32,609 nucleotides of DNA from a virus (Duplodnaviria; Caudoviricetes): positions 1 through 32,609 of IMG/VR virus record IMGVR_UViG_3300031569_000023; one strand, written 5' to 3'. Shown piece by piece: positions 1 to 6,928 of this stretch. The notes below the pieces were generated by a model. The model was not told where the DNA came from and made no database searches. It was given only the letters and a program-made list of their open reading frames with translations. How positions within the stretch are numbered: position 1 is the first letter of the stretch; every line of letters begins with the position of its first letter. The translations under genes were made by a program, and so were the position numbers.

Positions 1-763
1 AGCTAGGGTTCATATCGTTCATTTCTAAGATATCGTCACGTATGTTTTGCGCACGTTTCTCAATATTGATAACACGAACAAAGCTATTGGTAACTGCGGC
101 AGTGTAATATGCAAATGGATTATCCGATTTAGATTCATCAAACTGTAGACCAATTTGTGCTAATTGTAGAATAGCCTGTCCGCGCATTTCGTCATTGTAA
201 GTGTATCCACGTACATTGCCGCGAGTAGCATAGCGATCACACAGTTTCATCCACATCATAGCAAGTTTAGTAGTTGCCTTGCCATCTCGCAGTGCAAATC
301 CACCATTTTCCATACCACCAGTCCAGTGTGATTTTCCTACACACATTAGTTCGTCGTGCTCATTAAAGCGATAATGCTGAAACGGTGGAAAGTTTAACTT
401 AACTTTATGGTCTGCAACTGTTTTAGGAGTCTTTTTCCTGCCAGGCTCGTCTGGAATGTGATCAAACGTCATAATACGAAAGACTAAGTCTGTTTTTTTA
501 ACTTTACGATAATCAACAGCGCACTCTGCAAGTTTAACTTTCTCCCCTGCAAGTTTACGTGCATCAAAGTCTATGTGCTGTAGCCGTTTCGCTTGCGCTC
601 GTTTCGCCTCAGCAATAGTTCTAATATTAATTTTGTCAATACTAAGCAGAATAAGATCAAATCTATGATCGTTATCAGATACAAAGCTACAGAACGTAGT
701 TTTTGATTTATGTATTTCTTTAAGTATATCTTTATTATTTAGGTAATTTATTTTTCTAGCCAT
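1..763 (-). CDS. gp55: Late-transcription sigma factor, T4 gp55-like (3' end runs off the window)
   Basis: Translated by hand, not in the ORF track. Open from ATG (cat at 761-763) to the edge, 254 codons: MARKINYLNNKDILKEIHKSK...KLAMMWMKLCDRYATRGNVRGYTYNDEMRGQAILQLAQIGLQFDESKSDNPFAYYTAAVTNSFVRVINIEKRAQNIRDDILE. The motifs YxNNK, YTYxDEM and FDxxKSxNPFAYxT...F.R.I..EK are gp55-family hallmarks. A GGAG ribosome-binding site lies upstream. Confidence 0.9.
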   Translation of the reverse strand, partial: MARKINYLNNKDILKEIHKSKTTFCSFVSDNDHRFDLILLSIDKINIRTIAEAKRAQAKRLQHIDFDARKLAGEKVKLAECAVDYRKVKKTDLVFRIMTFDHIPDEPGRKKTPKTVADHKVKLNFPPFQHYRFNEHDELMCVGKSHWTGGMENGGFALRDGKATTKLAMMWMKLCDRYATRGNVRGYTYNDEMRGQAILQLAQIGLQFDESKSDNPFAYYTAAVTNSFVRVINIEKRAQNIRDDILEMNDMNPS

Positions 764-788
764 TAAGATCTCCGGTTGTCTTACTACT

Positions 789-817
789 ATTATAAACTAC
801 ATACATTAAAAAGTCAA
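789..817 (-). promoter_or_regulatory. Sigma70-type (early/middle) promoter for the gp55-like gene
   Basis: Minus strand TTGACT (817-812), 17-nt spacer, TATAAT (794-789), about 25 nt upstream of the start codon. Confidence 0.85.
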
Positions 818-824
818 CTAAATA
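817..824 (+). promoter_or_regulatory. Putative T4-type late promoter at the head of the structural operon
   Basis: ACTAAATA contains the TAAATA core found at the other late boxes in this window and is followed by AAGGAG at 833-838. Confidence 0.6.
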
Positions 825-867
825 ACATAGTAAAGGAGACAAATAATGTATATAGGAAAAAATCAAC

Positions 868-1743
868 ATGCCAAATTATAATCCTGGCGGATCAGTTGGG
901 ACATCATTTACTCAAGCAGCAAAATCTCAAGCTCGTAACACAGTTAGTCCATCTGCGTCAGTAAGCAGTTTGTTGGGCAGCGCAGCACAATTTGGCGAAG
1001 GCTTAATAGGGCAAGCTGGTAATGCTATAAAAGGCATTGCTGACGATATATTTAGTGCTAACGGATTTATGAGTTTGTTGCGTGGCGGAGGACTACCTAA
1101 ATTTGGAATGCCCGGCGGCGTTGGATTCAAAGATGTTAAGTGGAAAGGCACCGACAATGATGATTGGCGTGTTAGACTTTCTATACCCCCTGGCTTGGGA
1201 CTTGAAGACCCGATAGCTGCCGCATTAAATAAAACTGCTGGATTAGTTTTTCCATATACACCTAGTATTATTATGTCGCATAGTGCAAATTATTCACAAG
1301 TTAAACCTACACACAGTAACTACCCATTTCCTGTATACCAAAGTAGTCAACCTGATAATATTCAAATTAGTGGCGACTTTGTAGTTGAAAGCGAAGCTGA
1401 AGGTGTATACTGGGTTGCAATGGTACACTATTTAAGAAGTGTTACAAAAATGGCCTACGGAAATTCAACCAATCAAGGTTCACCACCGCCAGTAATACAA
1501 CTTAACGGATATGGTGATTTTGTTTTTAAAAACGTCCCTGTAGTAGTTCAAACATTTACTTGTGAATTACCTGCAGATGTAGATTATATTTACGTTTCGG
1601 CATTAGATACATGGGCACCTACTAGATGTAACGTAGCAGTTGTACTAATGCCAACGTATAGTAGACGAGCAGTACAGCAATTTAGCTTAGAGAAATTTGT
1701 TAGTGGCTCATATGCCAAAGGCAATGGAACAGGATTTATTTAA
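868..1743 (+). CDS. Baseplate tail-tube initiator-like protein (gp48/gp54 or P2 gpU type fold, inferred)
   Basis: 291 aa. FPYTPSI...Y..S....I.ISGDF and GSPPPVIQLNGYG..VFKNVPVVV..F..ELP resemble tube-initiator proteins of contractile tails. It lies directly before the LysM-like wedge and hub genes and overlaps the next gene by TAATG. Confidence 0.6.
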   Translation: MPNYNPGGSVGTSFTQAAKSQARNTVSPSASVSSLLGSAAQFGEGLIGQAGNAIKGIADDIFSANGFMSLLRGGGLPKFGMPGGVGFKDVKWKGTDNDDWRVRLSIPPGLGLEDPIAAALNKTAGLVFPYTPSIIMSHSANYSQVKPTHSNYPFPVYQSSQPDNIQISGDFVVESEAEGVYWVAMVHYLRSVTKMAYGNSTNQGSPPPVIQLNGYGDFVFKNVPVVVQTFTCELPADVDYIYVSALDTWAPTRCNVAVVLMPTYSRRAVQQFSLEKFVSGSYAKGNGTGFI

Positions 1744-2045
1744 TGGCATCATATAGCGGAACAAGTCCTTGGTTTAATACACCTACAAAAGAAGGACAAT
1801 ATCTTGATTTATTATCAATACGTCCTATACCTGCAGAATCAGATGATGTGTTGTATACAGTACAACCACAATATAATCATAGACCTGATTTATTAGCATT
1901 TGACTTATATGGTAATAAAGATTTGTGGTGGGTGTTTGCACAACGAAATATGGAAATAATTAAAGATCCTATATTTGACTTAGAACCAGGTGTTGAAATA
2001 TACATACCAAAAGGCGATGCATTAACAAGACTATTAGGAATATAA
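1743..2045 (+). CDS. Baseplate wedge protein, T4 gp53 / LysM-like
   Basis: 100 aa with YTV...RPDLLAFDLYGNKDLWWVFAQRN...DPIFDLEPGVEIYIP, the gp53 / P2 gpX LysM-type signature. Confidence 0.85.
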   Translation: MASYSGTSPWFNTPTKEGQYLDLLSIRPIPAESDDVLYTVQPQYNHRPDLLAFDLYGNKDLWWVFAQRNMEIIKDPIFDLEPGVEIYIPKGDALTRLLGI

Positions 2046-2046
2046 T

Positions 2047-4728
2047 ATGTCATCACATTTAACTCCACAAAACAATGCAGCTCGATTAAAAGCAGCTGGA
2101 AAAAGTTTTTCTGACACAATTGATGCAACTTCGCCAGAAAATTACGCAGTCGAGATGAAAAAAATTGCTCAAAGTGCAAACATTTCAACAGATGGAGTTG
2201 TAGACTCGGTCATCGGATCTGTACAAGATATAAAGGGTGCAACAGTTAATCTTGCAAATAGCTTAAACGGATTAACTGGCCCAGGAATTGGTCAAAGTTT
2301 TGCAGGACAGTTTGCTAATAATGTCACTGCTTCATTACTAGGTAAAATTAGCGGCGGCATAGGTGGGTTTTTAAGTTCCTCGTTTGGCGGAGGTTTTGGA
2401 GCTAAAAATGGCGGGACTGGTAAACTACCAAATCCACTAGAACAGTTTGCTAGTTTTAATTATATTTTTACTCTAGGTTGTTTAAGTGAACGCGAACTAT
2501 CGTTTCCTGATCAAACATATAGACGTAGAGATCCAGAAATTGTGATACTTAGAAGCGGAGGCGGCCCAACACCTAATAGTGCTACACTGCACGAAGCTAA
2601 CGGAAAAGTTGAATATTATATCGACGATGTTAATGTTGAAACAATTGTTTCTGGGTCTGTTGGTACACGTACTACTAATGCTACAAGTATAGATTTTAAA
2701 ATTATTGAACCATATAGCATGGGACTGTTCCTTCAAGCATTACAAGTATCTGCATTAAGAGCAGGCTATCCTAGTTATATTGAAGCGCCTTATCTTCTTA
2801 GTGTAGAGTTTAAAGGGTACAATGATGCAGGGCAATATATTCATGCAAGTAATATGCGTAGAATGTTTCCATTAAAGTTTGTAGATATTCGATTTGCTGT
2901 AACTGAAAACGGCAGCGAGTACAATGTTCAAGCAATACCTTACCAAGAACTTGCACTAACTGACGAAACACAATCAATTAATAATGATGTAACGTTTTCA
3001 GGCGCAACTGTTTCTGAAATGTTACAAACAGGTGCAAATAGTCTTACCCGGATTTTAAATGATCGAGAGCTTGCTTCCGAAGATGCTAAAAAAGTCGAAA
3101 AGGGTAATCAGTACGTTATAATGTTTCCAGACACTGCGTCTTCGCAAGAAGAGTCTCAAGCGTTTATGATGGGCCAGCCAGAACAATCAGATGATACTGC
3201 TACTACTAGAGAATTTACTGAAGAAGAAATAAAGAAATTTTATGTGTCACAAACTGGCGATTCTAACGGCAAAGTTCCAGTTGACTATAAAAGCGAAATA
3301 CAGGGCACTAGTGGCATTTCGGTAAAGCGTTCTACTATTGGAGAAAATATTAGAGAATATTCTGAAAAATTAGAAAACATGAATAAGATTGGAAAGGCTA
3401 TAATTGTTAAAAGCAATTTAGATGGCGGCAGTCGCCCTATGTCAGAACCAACAATTTGCGAAAGCGAAGATACTAAAGGTGAAATTGATCGATGTAAAAT
3501 ACAGTTGTCGGGTGATGTACGTACTGGCACGTTTACTTCGGGTAAAAGAATACAAGATATAATCGAAGAGGTTATTATTGCTAGTAAGTTTGGCAGAGAC
3601 ATTATAGATGCAAAGGGTGACGACAATGGCATGGTAGGATGGTTTAGGATCGAAACACAAGTATACAATTCAGATAGTTCAATTAAAACTGTATCAAAAA
3701 CTGGTGTACCGGCAAGAGTATTTGTTTATCGAGTTGTACCTTATTTGGTACATCTTAGTAAATTTCAAGCAGCAAGTGATGCTAGTCCTGGAATACAAAA
3801 ATTAAAAACACAAGCGGCTAAAGAATATAATTATATGTACACTGGTCTAAACAAAGATATTATAGATTTTGATATTAAATTCGATGCTGCATTTTTTACT
3901 TCAATTACAGGCGACATGGGCCAAGCTAGTGCCGACAGTAAAAATTCTGTAACAGGAGACACTACTTCGTCAGGTGAAAACGCTGTACCTGGTGTTAAAG
4001 ACGCCAATCAAAGTCAAAAGATTGCCGGCAAAACAAAAAATAAAGTAACTAATGAAAACAGCAGAACTACATTAAGTGGGCTGCATCCAGAATCACAAGT
4101 TGCTCGAGATTTTAATGAAGCACTTGTAAATAGTGATGTCGACTTAGTTGCAGTTGATCTAACAATATTAGGTGATCCGTATTATATTGCTGATAGCGGA
4201 ATGGGCAATTATAATGCACTTCAGGTTCCGGGAGTATTAAACATTACAGCAGACGGCTCTATGAACTATCAAAACGGCGAAGTAGATATTGAACTTAATT
4301 TTAGAACACCGTTAGATTACGGAAATGACGGGTACATGGAATTCCCAGGTGGAGGTACTGCTCCTGTAGGAGAATTTAGCGGATTATATCAAGTACTATT
4401 TTGTGCTAATAGTTTTAGTGGAGGAAATTTCACACAAACACTACAGACTATACGTAGAAAAAACCAAGATTCTTCTTTTGTAGCACCAGCAGATTCGTCA
4501 ATACTTAGCACAGATAATGACGGCAAACAAGTAACTGGCACTAATGCTAATCCAGTAACAGTAGCAGAAGGTGCAGGAGCAAACGGCCCTGCTGGCCAAT
4601 ACACACCTTCGTCTCGCCCAGCACCATTAGACGGCGGTATTCCAGTTGGAACAACTAAACCGGGTGGTAAAAGTCAATTACGACAGCGACAAGAAGCAAA
4701 AGCACAACAGCAATCGGGACCTTTTTAA
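2047..4728 (+). CDS. Baseplate hub protein (T4 gp27 / P2 gpD-like) with low-complexity terminal extensions
   Basis: 893 aa between the LysM-like and spike genes. The C-terminal barrel motifs VDLTILGDPYYI and FSGLYQV....NSFSGGNFTQTL...R are typical of hub proteins. Confidence 0.7.
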   Translation: MSSHLTPQNNAARLKAAGKSFSDTIDATSPENYAVEMKKIAQSANISTDGVVDSVIGSVQDIKGATVNLANSLNGLTGPGIGQSFAGQFANNVTASLLGKISGGIGGFLSSSFGGGFGAKNGGTGKLPNPLEQFASFNYIFTLGCLSERELSFPDQTYRRRDPEIVILRSGGGPTPNSATLHEANGKVEYYIDDVNVETIVSGSVGTRTTNATSIDFKIIEPYSMGLFLQALQVSALRAGYPSYIEAPYLLSVEFKGYNDAGQYIHASNMRRMFPLKFVDIRFAVTENGSEYNVQAIPYQELALTDETQSINNDVTFSGATVSEMLQTGANSLTRILNDRELASEDAKKVEKGNQYVIMFPDTASSQEESQAFMMGQPEQSDDTATTREFTEEEIKKFYVSQTGDSNGKVPVDYKSEIQGTSGISVKRSTIGENIREYSEKLENMNKIGKAIIVKSNLDGGSRPMSEPTICESEDTKGEIDRCKIQLSGDVRTGTFTSGKRIQDIIEEVIIASKFGRDIIDAKGDDNGMVGWFRIETQVYNSDSSIKTVSKTGVPARVFVYRVVPYLVHLSKFQAASDASPGIQKLKTQAAKEYNYMYTGLNKDIIDFDIKFDAAFFTSITGDMGQASADSKNSVTGDTTSSGENAVPGVKDANQSQKIAGKTKNKVTNENSRTTLSGLHPESQVARDFNEALVNSDVDLVAVDLTILGDPYYIADSGMGNYNALQVPGVLNITADGSMNYQNGEVDIELNFRTPLDYGNDGYMEFPGGGTAPVGEFSGLYQVLFCANSFSGGNFTQTLQTIRRKNQDSSFVAPADSSILSTDNDGKQVTGTNANPVTVAEGAGANGPAGQYTPSSRPAPLDGGIPVGTTKPGGKSQLRQRQEAKAQQQSGPF
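4558..4704 (+). repeat. Copy 1 of a ~150-bp coding repeat shared by the hub and spike C-termini
   Basis: Encodes TVAEGAGANGPAGQ...LDGGIPVGTTKPGGKSQLRQRQEAKA and matches 6158-6313. Confidence 0.95.
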
Positions 4729-4738
4729 GGATTAAATA

Positions 4739-6397
4739 ATGGCAGGACAAGATACTAGAACCCCAGGAAATAATAAGTTTGAAGGCCCAGGCCCATTTGT
4801 AGCAATTGTACGTGGACACCTTGATGCTGAATATATGGGAACACTACAAGTTGAACTATTAAAAACCTCACAAGCAGGTAACTTAACTAACGAACCAGGC
4901 CAGATGGCAACTGTAAGTTATTTGAGTCCGTTTTATGGTGTTACTCCGTATAGTGGAACAAGCGATAATGACGGTTTTGACCACAGTCAAAAAAGTTACG
5001 GAATGTGGATGGTTCCGCCAGACATTGGTTCTCAAGTATTAGTTATTTTTGCTGAAGGTAATAAAAGCCGCGGATATTGGATTGGCTGTATTCAAGAATC
5101 ATTTATGAATTTTATGGTACCTGGAAACGCAAGTACAAAATATAACAAAGATGACCAAACTAAGATTTTACCAGTTGCAGAGTACAATAAGCGTAATGAA
5201 AAAGGCACTGGCAACGATCCTACACAATTTTTAAAACCAGTCAATACCGACGCAGTAGCACAGCTTACAAAAGCAGGATTACTCACAGATCAAATAAGAG
5301 GGACAACTACTTCTAGTGCAAGACGAGAAGTGCCTAGTATGGTATTTGGATTAAGTACACCCGGCCCACTAGATAGAAGGCCAGGCAAGCCTAAAGTAAA
5401 AATAGGCGCAGCTAATGCACAAACTGAGATCCCAGCATCTAGACTAACTGGATCAAGTTTTGTAATGGACGATGGCGATCCTAGTATGTTTAGAAAAGGC
5501 CCAGCAGCCACAACACCTAGCGAATATGCAAGTATAGCCGACGGCGGCGACCCAACACTTCCTATGAACGAATTAGTAAGGCTTAGGACACGTACTGGCC
5601 ACCAAATACTATTACACAATACAGAAGATTTAATATACATTTCGCACGGAAGCGGCAGCTCGTATATTGAAATGACGGCAAGCGGAAAAATTGACATATA
5701 TGCAGCTGATAGCATTAGTATACATTCTGAACAAGATTTAAATTTTAAAGCTGATCGACACATTAACTTAGAAGCTGGCGAAAATGTTAATATAAAATCA
5801 GGTAATAGAATATCAGTAGAGTCTACTACTAATTTTCAACTTAAAGCTGGTGCAGATGGACTTATAACTTGTGTAGGCTCAATGAACATTGCAAGTGCAG
5901 AACATAGAGAAACAGCCGCAGCAATACATATGAATAGTGGAGGTGCTGTTGCAGCAACAGCAGGATCAACACCAAGTATTACTAGAGTACCAGGACCTGG
6001 TTCTGGCCCAGAAAAAGAAAATAAAAATCCTGCAGAGCATACTGCAATAAAACAGAATAATTCCTTAGCAGCAAACTCTCCTGCAACTGAAACAGAAGAT
6101 AAAACAGTTGCTCAAGAAGATACTTTTGCAAAGTGCCCTCCAATGGAAATGGAAACAACAGTTGCAGCAGGCACCGGAGCAGATGGCCCTGCTGCACAGC
6201 ATAAAGTTACAGATACACCTAGCAGAACCGCAGCACTCGATGGCGGCATTCCAGTTGGAACAACTGAAACAGGTGGCAAAAGTCTGCTACGACAACGACA
6301 AGAAGCAAAAGCACTAGATGCATTTGGCGGTAGCGGAGCAAAAGTTACAGACACTGCAAGTAGAACCAGCGGACCAGACGATGGCCTCCGCGGTTAA
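4739..6397 (+). CDS. Baseplate central spike, T4 gp5 / gpV / VgrG-like (OB fold plus beta-helix, no lysozyme domain seen)
   Basis: 552 aa. OB-fold motif YGMWMVPPDIGSQVLVIFAEG...GYWIGC, then RLRTRTGHQILLH...SYIEMTASGKIDIYAADSISIHSEQDLNFKADRHINLEAGENVNIKSG (8-residue beta-helix periodicity). It precedes gp25. Confidence 0.88.
   Translation: MAGQDTRTPGNNKFEGPGPFVAIVRGHLDAEYMGTLQVELLKTSQAGNLTNEPGQMATVSYLSPFYGVTPYSGTSDNDGFDHSQKSYGMWMVPPDIGSQVLVIFAEGNKSRGYWIGCIQESFMNFMVPGNASTKYNKDDQTKILPVAEYNKRNEKGTGNDPTQFLKPVNTDAVAQLTKAGLLTDQIRGTTTSSARREVPSMVFGLSTPGPLDRRPGKPKVKIGAANAQTEIPASRLTGSSFVMDDGDPSMFRKGPAATTPSEYASIADGGDPTLPMNELVRLRTRTGHQILLHNTEDLIYISHGSGSSYIEMTASGKIDIYAADSISIHSEQDLNFKADRHINLEAGENVNIKSGNRISVESTTNFQLKAGADGLITCVGSMNIASAEHRETAAAIHMNSGGAVAATAGSTPSITRVPGPGSGPEKENKNPAEHTAIKQNNSLAANSPATETEDKTVAQEDTFAKCPPMEMETTVAAGTGADGPAAQHKVTDTPSRTAALDGGIPVGTTETGGKSLLRQRQEAKALDAFGGSGAKVTDTASRTSGPDDGLRG
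6158..6313 (+). repeat. Copy 2 of the hub/spike C-terminal repeat
   Basis: Encodes TVAAGTGADGPAAQ...LDGGIPVGTTETGGKSLLRQRQEAKA. 23 of 26 residues are identical to copy 1 in the core (6236-6313 vs 4627-4704). Confidence 0.95.
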
Positions 6398-6406
6398 ATT
6401 TAATAA

Positions 6407-6414
6407 GGTAAATA
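6407..6414 (+). promoter_or_regulatory. Putative late promoter before gp25
   Basis: GGTAAATA in the 21-nt intergenic gap, ending 4 nt before the ATG. It overlaps a possible TAAGG ribosome-binding site. Confidence 0.5.
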
Positions 6415-6418
6415 TAGT

Positions 6419-6868
6419 ATGAGCACTTTAGAGAAGAAACTTTATAAAGAAATTACTGTTAGCGGCAACACTCGCCCTGACTACGGAATAGGTGAAAAGA
6501 CTTATAAAGGGTTTTCTACAGTCAGTCCTGATAATATAGGATTTCAGCTATATGATATACAGTTGATTAAACAGGACATTATTAATCATTTTCATATTCG
6601 TCAAGGAGAACTTCTAAGCAATCCTGAGTTTGGCACAATTATTTGGGACATATTATTTGAACCATTAACAGAAAGCCTTAAACAACTCATTGCTGAGAAT
6701 GTAACTAATATCGTTAACCATGACCCAAGAGTTAGTGTTACCGATCTCACCGTTGATCAATACGAAAGTGGCTTACAAGTTGAAGTAACGTTGGTGTTTT
6801 TACCGTATAATATTGCAGAAAATTTGCAACTAACGTTCGATCAAAACAACGGGTTTTTAGCCAACTAA
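6419..6868 (+). CDS. gp25: Baseplate wedge / sheath-initiator protein, T4 gp25 (gpW)-like
   Basis: 149 aa with D..LIKQDIINHFHIRQGE.L.NPEFGTIIWDILFEPLT...I.....DPRV, the gp25/GPW signature, located between the gp5-like and gp6-like genes. Confidence 0.92.
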   Translation: MSTLEKKLYKEITVSGNTRPDYGIGEKTYKGFSTVSPDNIGFQLYDIQLIKQDIINHFHIRQGELLSNPEFGTIIWDILFEPLTESLKQLIAENVTNIVNHDPRVSVTDLTVDQYESGLQVEVTLVFLPYNIAENLQLTFDQNNGFLAN

Positions 6869-6892
6869 TTATATACGCGGTTTATTCATTTG

Positions 6893-6900
6893 AATAAATA
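6893..6900 (+). promoter_or_regulatory. Late promoter before gp6
   Basis: AATAAATA, one mismatch from T4 TATAAATA, in the intergenic gap and followed by AAGGA and the ATG at 6929. Confidence 0.7.
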
Positions 6901-6928
6901 CACTATAAGTTAAAGGAAAAGCAATCCC

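Noticed and set aside
776-964. 62-aa plus-strand ORF in the track
   Set aside because: TTG start without a ribosome-binding site, runs across both promoters and overlaps the real 868 gene out of frame.
4727-4738. TTAAATA before the spike gene as a late promoter
   Set aside because: It abuts the ATG with no room for a start site and is better explained as the spacer after the AAGGA ribosome-binding site.
4558-6313. Hub/spike repeat as a diversity-generating retroelement template/variable pair
   Set aside because: Mismatches are largely T/C synonymous rather than adenine-specific, both copies are coding, and no reverse transcriptase is in the window.
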